Shown here: positions 38,501 through 53,500 of the stretch, one piece after another | How the letters are laid out: every line of letters begins with the position of its first letter | Position numbering within the stretch: the first letter of the stretch is position 1 | Assembly: GCA_964016885.1 (NCBI GenBank) | Contig: OZ024742.1 | Location: 165,354,001 to 165,418,000 of the forward strand | From: Eledone cirrhosa | Lineage: Eukaryota | DNA: 64,000 bases | Direction of reading: 5' to 3' | Position numbers and translations under genes: made by a program | The notes under the pieces: generated by a model | Told to the model about the DNA's origin: nothing | Seen by the model: only the letters and a program-made list of their open reading frames with translations | Database searches by the model: none

Positions 38501-41500
38501 TTACAAATTATCTCCCCCTGATTTTTTTACAAATTATCTCCCCTTGGCTGGCTGGAAATTATCTCCCATTGGAGGCTGGAATTTATCTCCCCTTGGACGG
38601 TTAGAAATTACCTCCCCTTGGACGGCTGGAAAATATGTCTCCTTGGACGGCTGGAAATTATCGCCCCTTGGACGGCTGGAAATTATCTCCCCTTGGACGG
38701 CTGGAAATTATCTCTCATCGGACGGCTAGAAATTACCTCTCCTTGGACAGCTGAAAATTATCTCCCCTTGGACGGCTGGAAATTATCTCCCCTTGATTTT
38801 TTTTACAAATTATCTCCCCCTGATTTTTTTTTACAAATTATCTCCCCCTGATTTTTTTTTACAAATTATCTCCCCCTGATTTTTTTTTACAAATTATCTC
38901 CCCCTGATATTTTTTACAAATTATCTCCCCCTGATTTTTTTACAAATTATCTCCCCTTGGCTGGCTGGAAATTATCTCCCCTTGGAGGCTGGAATTTATC
39001 TCCCCTTGGACGGCTAGAAATTACCTCGCCTTGGACGGCTGGAAAATATGTCTCCTTGGACGGCTGGAAATTATCTCCCCTTGGACGGCTGGAAATTATC
39101 TCCCCTTGGACAGCTGGAAATTATCTCCCCTTGGACGGCTAGATATTACCTCCCCTTGGACGGCTGGAAATTATCTCCCCTTGATTTTTTTTACAAATTA
39201 TCTCCCCCTGATTTTTTTTTACAAATTATCTCCCCCTGATTTTTTTTTACGAATTATCTCCCCCCGATTTTTTTTTACAAATTATCTCCGGCTGATTTTT
39301 TTTTAAAAATTATCTCCCCTTGAACGGCTGGAAATTATCTCCCCTTGGACGGCTGGAAATTATCTCCCCTTGGACGGCTAGAAATTACCTCTCCTTGGAC
39401 GGCTGAAAATTATCTCCCCTTGGACGGCTGCAAATTATCTCCCCTTGATTTTTTAACAAATTATCTCCCCCTGATTTTTTTTTACAAATTATCTCCCCCT
39501 GATTTTTTTTTACAAATTATCTCCCCCTGATTTTTTTTTACAAATTATCTCCCCCTGATTTTTTTACAAATTATCTCCCCCTGATTTTTTTTACAATCTC
39601 CGCCTGATTTTTTAAAAAATTATCTTCCCTTGGCTGGCGGGAAATTATCTCCCCTTGGACGGCTGGAAATTATCTCCCCTTGGACGGCTGGAAATTATCT
39701 CCCCTTGGACAGCTGGAAATTATCTGCCCTTGATTTTGTTTTTACAAATTATCTCCCCCTGATTTTTTTTACAAATTATCTCCACCTGATTTTTTAAAAA
39801 ATTATCTCCCCTTGGACGGCTGGAAATTATCTCCCCTTGATTTTTTTACAAATTATCTCCCCCTGATTTTTTTTACAAGTTATCTCCCCCTGATTTTATG
39901 CTACAAATTATCTCCCCCTGATTTTTTTACAAATTATCTCCCCCTGATTTTTTTTACAAATTATCTCCGCCTGATTTTTTTAAATATTATCTTCCCTTGG
40001 CTGGCGGGAAATTATCTCCCCTTGGACGGCTGGAAATTATCTCCCCTTGATTTTTTTTACAAATTATCTCCCCCTGATTTTTTTTTACAAATTATCTCCC
40101 CCTGATTTTTTTTTACAAATTATCTCCCCCTGATTTTTTTTTACAAATTATCTCCCCCTGATTTTTTTTTACAAATCTCCCCCTGATTTTTTTATAAATT
40201 ATCTCCCCTTGGCTGGCTGGAAATTATCTCCCCTTGGAGGCTGGAATTTATCTCCCCTTGGACGGCTAGAAATTACCTCTCCTTGGATGGCTGGAAAATA
40301 TGTCTCCTTGGACGGCTGGATATTATCTACCCTTGGACGGCTGGAAATTATCTCCCCTTGGACGGCTGGAAATTATCTCCCCTTGGACGGCTAGATATTA
40401 CCTCCCATTGGACGGCTGGAAATTATCTCCCCTTGATTTTTTTTACAAATTATCTCCCCCTGATTTTTTTTTACGAATTATCTCCCCCTGATTTTTTTTT
40501 ACAAAGTATCTCCGCCTGATTTTTTTTTAAAAATTATCTCCCCTTGAACGGCTGGAAATTATCTCCCCTTGGACGGCTGGAAATTATCTCCCCTTGGACG
40601 GCTAGAAATTACCTCTCCTTGGACGGCTGAAAATTATCTCCCCTTGGACGGCTGCAAATTATCTCCCCTTGATTTTTTTAACAAATTATCTCCCCCTGAT
40701 TTTTTTTTACAAATTATCTCCCCCTGATTTTTTTTACAAATTATCTACGCCTAATTTTTTTTACAAATTATCTCCCCCTGATTTTTTTTTACAAATTATC
40801 TCCCCCTGATTTTTTTTACAAATTATCTCCCCTTGGCTGGCTGGAAATTATCTCCCCTTGGAGGCTGGAATTTATCTCCCCTTGGACGGTTAGAAATTAC
40901 CTCTCCTTGGACTGCTGGAAAATATGTCTCCTTGGACGGCTGGAAATTATCTCCCCTTGGACGGCTGGAAATTATCTCCCCTTGGACGGCTGGAAATTAT
41001 CTCTCCTCGGACGACTAGAAATTACCTCTCCTTGGACAGCTGAAAATTATCTCCCCTTGGACGGCTGGAAATTATCTCCCCTTGATTTTTTTTACAAATT
41101 ATCTCCCCCTGATTTATTTTACAAATTATCTCCCCCTGATTTTTTTTTACAAATTATCTCCCCCTGATTTTTTTTACAAATTATCTCCCCCTGATATTTT
41201 TTACAAATTATCTCCCCCTGATTTTTTTACAAATTATCTCCCCTTGGCTGGCTGGAAATTATCTACCCTTGGAGGCTGGAATTTATCTCCCCTTGGACGG
41301 CTAGAAATTACCTCGCCTTGGACGGCTGGAAAATATGTCTCCTTGGACGGCTGGAAATTATCTCCCCTTGGACGGCTGGAAATTATCTCCCCTTGGACGG
41401 CTGGAAATTATCTCCCCTTGGACGGCTAGATATTACCTCCCCTTGGACGGCTGGAAATTATCTCCCCTTGATTTTTTTTACAAATTATCTCCCCCTGATT

Positions 41501-44500
41501 TTTTTTTACAAATTATCTCCCCCTGATTTTTTTTTACGAAGTATCTCCCCCTGATTTTTTTTTACAAATTATCTCCGCCTGATTTTTTTTTAAAAATTAT
41601 CTCCCCTTGAACGGCTGGAAATTATCTCCCCTTGGACGGCTGGAAATTATCTCCCCTTGGACGGCTAGAAATTACCTCTCCTTGGACGGCTGAAAATTAT
41701 CTCCCATTGGACGGCTGCAAATTATCTCCCCTTGATTTTTTAACAAATTATCTCCCCCTGATTTTTTTTTACAAATTATCTCCCCCTGATTTTTTTTTAC
41801 AAATTATCTACGCCTAATTTTTTTTACAAATTATCTCCCCCTGATTTTTTTTTACAAATTATCTCCCCCTGATTTTTTTTACAAATTATCTCCCCCTGAT
41901 TTTTTTTACAAATTATTTCCCCCTGATTTTTTTACAAATTATCTCCCCCCTGATTTTTTTTACAATCTCCGCCTGATTTTTTTAAAAATTATCTTCCCTT
42001 GGCTGGCGGGAAATTATCTCCCCTTGGACGGCTGGAAATTATATCCCCTTGGAAGGATGGAAATTATCTCCCCTTGGACGGCTGGAAATTATCTCCCCTT
42101 GGACGGCTGGAAATTATCTCCCCTTGGACAGCTGGAAATTATCTGTCCTTGATTTTGTTTTTACAAATTATCTCCCCCTGATTTTTTTTACAAATTATCT
42201 CCACCTGATTTTTTAAAAAATTATCTCCCCTTGGACGGCTGGAAATTATCTCCCCTTGATTTTTTTTACAAATTATCTCCCCCTGATTTTTTTTTACAAA
42301 TTATCTCCCCCTGATTTTTTTTTACAAATTATCTCCCCCTGATTTTTTTTTACAAATTATCTCACCCTGATTTTTTTACAAATTATCTCTCCCTGATTTT
42401 TTTACAAATTATCTCCCCTTGGCTGGCTGGAAATTATCTCCCCTTGGAGGCTGGAATTTATCTCCCCTTGGACGGCTAGAAATTACCTCTCCTTGGACGG
42501 CTGGAAAATATGTCTCCTTGGACGGCTGGATATTATCTACCCTTGGACGGCTGGAAATTATCTCCCCTTGGACGGCTGGAAATTATCTCCTCTTGGACGG
42601 CTAGATATTACCTCCCCTTGGACGGCTGGAAATTATCTCCCCTTGATTTTTTTACAAATTATCTCCCCCTGATTTTTTTACAAATTATCTCCCCCTGATT
42701 TTTTTTACAAATTATCTCCGCCTAATTTTTTTAAATATTATCTTCCCTTGGCTGGCGGGAAATTATCTCCCCTTGGACGGCTGAAAATTATCTCCCCTTG
42801 GACGGCTGGAAATTATCTCCCCTTGATTTTTTTTACAAATTATCTCCCCCTGATTTTTTTTTACAAATTATCTCCCCCTGATTTTTTTTACAAATTATCT
42901 CCCCCTGATTTTTTTACAAATTATCTCCCCTTGGCTGGCTGGAAATTATCTCCCCTTGGAGGCTGGAATTTATCTCCCCTTGGACGGCTAGAAATTACCT
43001 CTCCTTGGACGGCTGGAAAATATTTCTCCTTGGACGGCTGGATATTATCTACCCTTGGACGGGTGGAAATTATCTCCCCTTGGACGGCTGGAAATTATCT
43101 CCCCTTGGACGGCTAGATATTACCTCCCCTTGGACGACTGGAAATTATCTCCCCTTGATTTTTTTTACAAATTATCTCCCCCTGATTTTTTTTTTACAAA
43201 TTATCTCCCCCTGATTTTTTTACAAATTATCTCCCCCTGATTTTTTTTACAAATTATCTCCGCCTGATTTTTTTAAATATTATCTTCTCTTGGCTGGCGG
43301 GAAATTATCTCCCCTTGGACGGCTGAAAATTATCACCCCTTGGACGGCTGGAAATTATCTCCCCTTGATTTTTTTTACAAATTATCTCCCCCTGATTTTT
43401 TTTAAAAAATTATCTCCCCCTGATTTTTTTTTACAAATTATCTCCCCCTGATTTTTTTTTACAAATTATCTCCCCCTGATTTTTTTTACAAATTATCTCC
43501 CCCTGATTTTTTTACAAATTATCTCCCCTTGGCTGGCTGGAAATTATCTCCCCTTGGACACTGTAAATTATAGCCCCTTGGAGGGCTGGAAATTATCTTA
43601 CCTTGGACGGCTGGAAATTATCTCTGCTTGATTTTTTTTACAAATTATCTCCCCCTGATTTTTTTTTACAAATTATCCCCCCCGATTTTTTTTACAAATT
43701 ATCTCCCCCTGATTTTTTTTACAAATTATCTCCCCTTGGACGGCTGGAAATTATCTCCCCTTGGACGGCTGGAAATTATCTCTCCTTGGACGGCTAGAAA
43801 TTACCTCTCCTTGGACGACTGAAAATTATCTCCCCTTGGACGGCTGCAAATTATCTCCCCTTGATTTCTTTTACAAATTATCTCCGCCTGATTTTTTTTT
43901 TAAAATTATCTCCCCTTGGACGGCTGGAAATTACCTCCCCTTGGACGGCTGGAAATTATCTCCCCTTGGACGGCTAGAAATTACCTCTCATTGGACGGCT
44001 GAAAATTATCTCCCCTTGGACGGCTGGAAATTATCTCCCCTTGATTTTTTTTACAAATTATCTCCCCCTGATTTTTTTTTTACAAATTATCTCCGCCTGA
44101 TTTTTTTTTAAAATTATCTCTCCTTGGACGGCTGGATATTATCTCCCCTTTCATTTTTTTTACAAATTATCTCCCCCTGATTTTTTTTTACAAATTATCT
44201 CCCCCTGATTTTTTTTTACAAATTATCTACCCCTAATTTTTTTTTACAAATTATCTCCCCCTGATTTTTTTTACAAATTATCTCCCCCTGATTTTTTTTT
44301 TACAAATTATCTCCCCCTGATTTTTTTACAAATTATCTCCCCCTGATTTTTTTTACAAATTATCTCCGCCTGATTTTTTTAAATATTATCTTCTCTTGGC
44401 TGGCGGGAAATTATCTCCCCTTGGACGGCTGAAAATTATCTCCCCTTGGACGGCTGGAAATTATCTCCCCTTGATTTTTTTTACAAATTATCTCCCCCTG

Positions 44501-47500
44501 ATTTTTTTTTACAAATTATCTCCCCCTGATTTTTTTTTACAAATTATCTCCCCCTGATTTTTTTTTACAAATTATCTCCCCCTGATTTTTTTTACAAATT
44601 ATCTCCCCCTGATTTTTTTACAAATTATCTCCCCTTGGCTGGCTGGAAATTATCTCCCCTTGGAGGCTGGAATTTATCTCCCCTTGGACGGCTAGAAATT
44701 ACCTCTCCTTGGACGGCTGGAAAATATGTCCTTGGACGGCTGGATATTATCTACCCTTGGACGGCTGGAAATTATCTCCCCTTGGACGGCTGGAAATTAT
44801 CTCCCCTTGGACGGCTAGATATTACCTCCCCTTGGACGGCTGGAAATTATCTCCCCTTGATTTTTTTTACAAATTATCTCCCCCTGATTTTTTTTTACAA
44901 ATTATCTCCCCCTGATTTTTTTTTACAAATTATCTCCGCCTGATTTTTTTTTACAAATTATCTCCCCCTAATTTTTTTTACAAATTATCTCTCCCTGATC
45001 TTTTTTTACAAATTATCTCCCCCTGATTTTTTTTTACCAATTATCTACCCCTGATTTTTTTTTACAAATTATCTCCCCCTTATTTTTTTTACAAATTATC
45101 TCCCCCTGATTTTTTTTACAAATTATCTCCCCCTGATTTTTTTACAAATTATCTCCCCCCGATTTTTTTTACAAATTATATCCGCCTAATTTTTTAAATA
45201 TTATCTATCCTTGGCTGGCGGGAAATTATCTCCCCTTGGACGGCTGAAAATTTTCTCCCCTTGGACGGCTGGAAATTATCTCCCCTTGATTTTTTTACAA
45301 ATTATCTCCCCCTGATTATTTTTTACAAATTATCTCCCCCTGATTTTTTTTTACAAATTATCTCCCTCTGATTTTTTTTACAAATTATCTCCCCTTGGCT
45401 GGCTGGAAATTATCTCCCCTTGGAGGCTGGAATTTATCTCCCCTTGGACGGTTAGAAATTACCTCTCCTTGGACTGCTGGAAAATATGTCTCCTTGGACG
45501 GCTGGAAATTATCTCCCCTTGGACGGCTGGAAATTATCTCCCCTTGGACGGCTGGAAATTATCTCTCCTCGGACGACTAGAAATTACCTCTCCTTGGACA
45601 GCTGAAAATTATCTCCCCTTGGACGGCTGGAAATTATCTCCCCTTGATTTTTTTTACAAATTATCTCCCCCTGATTTATTTTACAAATTATCTCCCCCTG
45701 ATTTTTTTTTACAAATTATCTCCCCCTGATTTTTTTTACAAATTATCTCCCCCTGATATTTTTTACAAATTATCTCCCCCTGATTTTTTTACAAATTATC
45801 TCCCCTTGGCTGGCTGGAAATTATCTACCCTTGGAGGCTGGAATTTATCTCCCCTTGGACGGCTAGAAATTACCTCGCCTTGGACGGCTGGAAAATATGT
45901 CTCCTTGGACGGCTGGAAATTATCTCCCCTTGGACGGCTGGAAATTATCTCCCCTTGGACGGCTGGAAATTATCTCCCCTTGGACGGCTAGATATTACCT
46001 CCCCTTGGACGGCTGGAAATTATCTCCCCTTGATTTTTTTTACAAATTATCTCCCCCTGATTTTTTTTTACAAATTATCTCCCCCTGATTTTTTTTTACG
46101 AAGTATCTCCCCCTGATTTTTTTTTACAAATTATCTCCGCCTGATTTTTTTTAAAAAATTATCTCCCCTTGAACGGCTGGAAATTATCTCCCCTTGGACG
46201 GCTGGAAATTATCTCCCCTTGGACGGCTAGAAATTACCTCTCCTTGGACGGCTGAAAATTATCTCCCATTGGACGGCTGCAAATTATCTCCCCTTGATTT
46301 TTTAACAAATTATCTCCCCCTGATTTTTTTTTACAAATTATCTCCCCCTGATTTTTTTTTACAAATTATCTACGCCTAATTTTTTTTACAAATTATCTCC
46401 CCCTGATTTTTTTTATACAAATTATCTCCCCCTGATTTTTTTTACAAATTATCTCCCCCTGATTTTTTTTTACAAATTATTTCCCCCTGATTTTTTTAAA
46501 AATTATCTTCCCTTGGCTGGCGGGAAATTATCTCCCCTTGGACGGCTGGAAATTATATCCCCTTGGAAGGATGGAAATTATCTCCCCTTGGACGGCTGGA
46601 AATTATCTCCCCTTGGACGGCTGGAAATTATCTCCCCTTGGACAGCTGGAAATTATCTGTCCTTGATTTTGTTTTTACAAATTATCTCCCCCTGATTTTT
46701 TTTACAAATTATCTCCACCTGATTTTTTAAAAAATTATCTCCCCTTGGACGGCTGGAAATTATCTCCCCTTGATTTTTTTTACAAATTATCTCCCCCTGA
46801 TTTTTTTTTACAAATTATCTCCCCCTGATTTTTTTTTACAAATTATCTCCCCCTGATTTTTTTTTACAAATTATCTCCCCCTGATATTTTTTACAAATTA
46901 TCTCCCCCTGATTTTTTTACAAATTATCTCCCCTTGGCTGGCTGGAAATTATCTCCCCTTGGAGGCTGGAATTTATCTCCCCTTGGACGGCTAGAAATTA
47001 CCTCGCCTTGGACGGCTGGAAAATATGTCTCCTTGGACGGCTGGAAATTATCTCCCCTTGGACGGCTGGAAATTATCTCCCCTTGGACAGCTGGAAATTA
47101 TCTCCCCTTGGACGGCTAGATATTACCTCCCCTTGGACGGCTGGAAATTATCTCCCCTTGATTTTTTTTACAAATTATCTCCCCCTGATTTTTTTTTACA
47201 AATTATCTCCCCCTGATTTTTTTTACGAATTATCTCCCCCCGATTTTTTTTTACAAATTATCTCCGCCTGATTTTTTTATAAAAATTATCTCCCCTTGAA
47301 CGGCTGGAAATTATCTCCCCTTGGACGGCTGGAAATTATCTCCCCTTGGACGGCTAGAAATTACCTCTCCTTGGACGGCTGAAAATTATCTCCCCTTGGA
47401 CGGCTGCAAATTATCTCCCCTTGATTTTTTAACAAATTATCTCCCCCTGATTTTTTTTTACAAATTATCTCCCCCTGATTTTTTTTTACAAATTATCTCC

Positions 47501-50500
47501 CCCTGATTTTTTTTTACAAATTATCTCCCCCTGATTTTTTTACAAATTATCTCCCCCTGATTTTTTTTACAATCTCCGCCTGATTTTTTAAAAAATTATC
47601 TTCCCTTGGCTGGCGGGAAATTATCTCCCCTTGGACGGCTGGAAATTATCTCCCCTTGGACGGCTGGAAATTATCTCCCCTTGGACAGCTGGAAATTATC
47701 TGCCCTTGATTTTGTTTTTACAAATTATCTCCCCCTGATTTTTTTTACAAATTATCTCCACCTGATTTTTTAAAAAATTATCTCCCCTTGGACGGCTGGA
47801 AATTATCTCCCCTTGATTTTTTTACAAATTATCTCCCCCTGATTTTTTTTACAAATTATCTCCCCCTGATTTTATGTTACAAATTATCTCCCCCTGATTT
47901 TTTTACAAATTATCTCCCCCTGATTTTTTTTACAAATTATCTCCGCCTGATTTTTTTAAATATTATCTTCCCTTGGCTGGCGGGAAATTATCTCCCCTTG
48001 GACGGCTGGAAATTATCTCCCCTTGATTTTTTTTACAAATTATCTCCCCCTGATTTTTTTTTACAAATTATCTCCCCCTGATTTTTTTTTACAAATTATC
48101 TCCCCCTGATTTTTTTTTACAAATTATCTCCCCCTGATTTTTTTTTACAAATCTCCCCCTGATTTTTTTATAAATTATCTCCCCTTGGCTGGCTGGAAAT
48201 TATCTCCCCTTGGAGGCTGGAATTTATCTCCCCTTGGACGGCTAGAAATTACCTCTCCTTGGATGGCTGGAAAATATGTCTCCTTGGACGGCTGGATATT
48301 ATCTACCCTTGGACGGCTGGAAATTATCTCCCCTTGGACGGCTGGAAATTATCTCCCCTTGGACGGCTAGATATTACCTCCCATTGGACGGCTGGAAATT
48401 ATCTCCCCTTGATTTTTTTTACAAATTATCTCCCCCTGATTTTTTTTTACGAATTATCTCCCCCTGATTTTTTTTACAAATTATCTCCGCCTGATTTTTT
48501 TTTTAAAATTATCTCCCCTTGAACGGCTGGAAATTATCTCCCCTTGGACGGCTGGAAATTATCTCCCCTTGGACGGCTAGAAATTACCTCTCCTTGGACG
48601 GCTGAAAATTATCTCCCCTTGGACGGCTGCAAATTATCTCCCCTTGATTTTTTTAACAAATTATCTCCCCCTGATTTTTTTTTACAAATTATCTCCCCCT
48701 GATTTTTTTTTACAAATTATCTACGCCTAATTTTTTTTACAAATTATCTCCCCCTGATTTTTTTTTACAAATTATCTCCCCCTGATTTTTTTTACAAATT
48801 ATCTCCCCCTGATTTTTTTTACAAATTATCTCCCCCTGATTTTTTTACAAATTATCTCCCCCCTGATTTTTTTTACAATCTCCGCCTGATTTTTTTAAAA
48901 ATTATCTTCCCTTGGCTGGCGGGAAATTATCTCCCCTTGGACGGCTGGAAATTATATCCCCTTGGAAGGATGGAAATTATCTCCCCTTGGACGGCTGGAA
49001 ATTATCTCCCCTTGGACGGCTGGAAATTACCTCCCCTTGGACAGCTGGAAATTATCTGCCCTTGATTTTGTTTTTACAAATTATCTCCCCCTGATTTTTT
49101 TTACAAATTATCTCCACCTGATTTTTTAAAAAATTATCTCCCCTTGGACGGCTGGAAATTATCTCCCCTTGGACGGCTGGAAATTATCTCCCCTTGATTT
49201 TTTTTACAAATTATCTCCCCCTGATTTTTTTTTACAAATTATCTCCCCCTGATTTTTTTTACAAATTATCTCCCCCTGATTTTTTTTTACAAATTATTTC
49301 CCCCTGATTTTTTTACAAATTATCTCCCCCCTGATTTTTTTTACAATCTCCGCCTGATTTTTTTAAAAATTATCTTCCCTTGGCTGGCGGGAAATTATCT
49401 CCCCTTGGACGGCTGGAAATTATATCCCCTTGGAAGGATGGAAATTATCTCCCCTTGGACGGCTGGAAATTATCTCCCCTTGGACGGCTGGAAATTATCT
49501 CCCCTTGGACAGCTGGAAATTATCTGCCCTTGATTTTGTTTTTACAAATTATCTCCCCCTGATTTTTTTTACAAATTATCTCCACCTGATTTTTTAAAAA
49601 ATTATCTCCCCTTGGACGGCTGGAAATTATCTCCCCTTGATTTTTTTTACAAATTATCTCCCCCTGATTTTTTTTTACAAATTATCTCCCCCTGATTTTT
49701 TTTTACAAATTATCTCCCCCTGATTTTTTTTTACAAATTATCTCACCCTGATTTTTTTTACAAATTATCTCTCCCTGATTTTTTTACAAATTATCTCCCC
49801 TTGGCTGGCTGGAAATTATCTCCCCTTGGAGGCTGGAATTTATCTCCCCTTGGACGGCTAGAAATTACCTCTCCTTGGACGGCTGGAAAATATGTCTCCT
49901 TGGACGGCTGGATATTATCTACCCTTGGACGGCTGGAAATTATCTCCCCTTGGACGGCTGGAAATTATCTCCTCTTGGACGGCTAGATATTACCTCCCCT
50001 TGGACGGCTGGAAATTATCTCCCCTTGATTTTTTTACAAATTATCTCCCCCTGATTTTTTTACAAATTATCTCCCCCTGATTTTTTTTACAAATTATCTC
50101 CGCCTAATTTTTTTAAATATTATCTTCCCTTGGCTGGCGGGAAATTATCTCCCCTTGGACGGCTGAAAATTATCTCCCCTTGGACGGCTGGAAATTATCT
50201 CCCCTTGATTTTTTTTACAAATTATCTCCCCCTGATTTTTTTTTACAAATTATCTCCCCCTGATTTTTTTTACAAATTATCTCCTCCTGATTTTTTTACA
50301 AATTATCTCCCCTTGGCTGGCTGGAAATTATCTCCCCTTGGAGGCTGGAATTTATCTCCCCTTGGACGGCTAGAAATTACCTCTCCTTGGAAGGCTGGAA
50401 AATATGTCCTTGGACGGCTGGATATTATCTACCCTTGGACGGCTGGAAATTATCTCCCCTTGGACGGCTGGAAATTATCTCCCCTTGGACGGCTAGATAT

Positions 50501-53500
50501 TACCTCCCCTTGGACGGCTGAAAATTATCTCCCCTTGGACGGCTGGAAATTATCTCCCCTTGATTTTTTTTACAAATTATCTCCCCCTGATTATTTTTTA
50601 CAAATTATCCCCTGATTTTTTTTTTACAAATTATCTCCCCCTGATTTTTTTTACAAATTATCTCCCCCTGATTTTTTTACAAATTATCTCCCCTTGGCTG
50701 GCTGGAAATTATCTCCCATTGGAGGCTGGAATTTATCTCCCCTTGGACGGTTAGAAATTACCTCCCCTTGGACGGCTGGAAAATATGTCTCCTTGGACGG
50801 CTGGAAATTATCGCCCCTTGGACGGCTGGAAATTATCTCCCCTTGGACGGCTGGAAATTATCTCTCATCGGACGGCTAGAAATTACCTCTCCTTGGACAG
50901 CTGAAAATTATCTCCCCTTGGACGGCTGGAAATTATCTCCCCTTGATTTTTTTTACAAATTATCTCCCCCTGATTTTTTTTTACAAATTATCTCCCCCTG
51001 ATTTTTTTTTACAAATTATCTCCCCCTGATTTTTTTTTACAAATTATCTCCCCCTGATATTTTTTACAAATTATCTCCCCCTGATTTTTTTACAAATTAT
51101 CTCCCCTTGGCTGGCTGGAAATTATCTCCCCTTGGAGGCTGGAATTTATCTCCCCTTGGACGGCTAGAAATTACCTCGCCTTGGACGGCTGGAAAATATG
51201 TCTCCTTGGACGGCTGGAAATTATCTCCCCTTGGACGGCTGGAAATTATCTCCCCTTGGACAGCTGGAAATTATCTCCCCTTGGACGGCTAGATATTACC
51301 TCCCCTTGGACGGCTGGAAATTATCTCCCCTTGATTTTTTTTACAAATTATCTCCCCCTGATTTTTTTTTACAAATTATCTCCCCCTGATTTTTTTTTAC
51401 GAATTATCTCCCCCCGATTTTTTTTTACAAATTATCTCCGGCTGATTTTTTTTTAAAAATTATCTCCCCTTGAACGGCTGGAAATTATCTCCCCTTGGAC
51501 GGCTGGAAATTATCTCCCCTTGGACGGCTAGAAATTACCTCTCCTTGGACGGCTGAAAATTATCTCCCCTTGGACGGCTGCAAATTATCTCCCCTTGATT
51601 TTTTAACAAATTATCTCCCCCTGATTTTTTTTTACAAATTATCTCCCCCTGATTTTTTTTTACAAATTATCTCCCCCTGATTTTTTTTTACAAATTATCT
51701 CCCCCTGATTTTTTTACAAATTATCTCCCCCTGATTTTTTTTACAATCTCCGCCTGATTTTTTAAAAAATTATCTTCCCTTGGCTGGCGGGAAATTATCT
51801 CCCCTTGGACGGCTGGAAATTATCTCCCCTTGGACGGCTGGAAATTATCTCCCCTTGGACAGCTGGAAATTATCTGCCCTTGATTTTGTTTTTACAAATT
51901 ATCTCCCCCTGATTTTTTTTACAAATTATCTCCACCTGATTTTTTAAAAAATTATCTCCCCTTGGACGGCTGGAAATTATCTCCCCTTGATTTTTTTACA
52001 AATTATCTCCCCCTGATTTTTTTTACAAGTTATCTCCCCCTGATTTTATGCTACAAATTATCTCCCCCTGATTTTTTTACAAATTATCTCCCCCTGATTT
52101 TTTTTACAAATTATCTCCGCCTGATTTTTTTAAATATTATCTTCCCTTGGCTGGCGGGAAATTATCTCCCCTTGGACGGCTGGAAATTATCTCCCCTTGA
52201 TTTTTTTTACAAATTATCTCCCCCTGATTTTTTTTTACAAATTATCTCCCCCTGATTTTTTTTTACAAATTATCTCCCCCTGATTTTTTTTTACAAATCT
52301 CCCCCTGATTTTTTTATAAATTATCTCCCCTTGGCTGGCTGGAAATTATCTCCCCTTGGAGGCTGGAATTTATCTCCCCTTGGACGGCTAGAAATTACCT
52401 CTCCTTGGATGGCTGGAAAATATGTCTCCTTGGACGGCTGGATATTATCTACCCTTGGACGGCTGGAAATTATCTCCCCTTGGACGGCTGGAAATTATCT
52501 CCCCTTGGACGGCTAGATATTACCTCCCATTGGACGGCTGGAAATTATCTCCCCTTGATTTTTTTTACAAATTATCTCCCCCTGATTTTTTTTTACGAAT
52601 TATCTCCCCCTGATTTTTTTTTACAAAGTATCTCCGCCTGATTTTTTTTTAAAAATTATCTCCCCTTGAACGGCTGGAAATTATCTCCCCTTGGACGGCT
52701 GGAAATTATCTCCCCTTGGACGGCTAGAAATTACCTCTCCTTGGACGGCTGAAAATTATCTCCCCTTGGACGGCTGCAAATTATCTCCCCTTGATTTTTT
52801 TAACAAATTATCTCCCCCTGATTTTTTTTTACAAATTATCTCCCCCTGATTTTTTTTACAAATTATCTACGCCTAATTTTTTTTACAAATTATCTCCCCC
52901 TGATTTTTTTTTACAAATTATCTCCCCCTGATTTTTTTTACAAATTATCTCCCCTTGGCTGGCTGGAAATTATCTCCCCTTGGAGGCTGGAATTTATCTC
53001 CCCTTGGACGGTTAGAAATTACCTCTCCTTGGACTGCTGGAAAATATGTCTCCTTGGACGGCTGGAAATTATCTCCCCTTGGACGGCTGGAAATTATCTC
53101 CCCTTGGACGGCTGGAAATTATCTCTCCTCGGACGACTAGAAATTACCTCTCCTTGGACAGCTGAAAATTATCTCCCCTTGGACGGCTGGAAATTATCTC
53201 CCCTTGATTTTTTTTACAAATTATCTCCCCCTGATTTATTTTACAAATTATCTCCCCCTGATTTTTTTTTACAAATTATCTCCCCCTGATTTTTTTTACA
53301 AATTATCTCCCCCTGATATTTTTTACAAATTATCTCCCCCTGATTTTTTTACAAATTATCTCCCCTTGGCTGGCTGGAAATTATCTACCCTTGGAGGCTG
53401 GAATTTATCTCCCCTTGGACGGCTAGAAATTACCTCGCCTTGGACGGCTGGAAAATATGTCTCCTTGGACGGCTGGAAATTATCTCCCCTTGGACGGCTG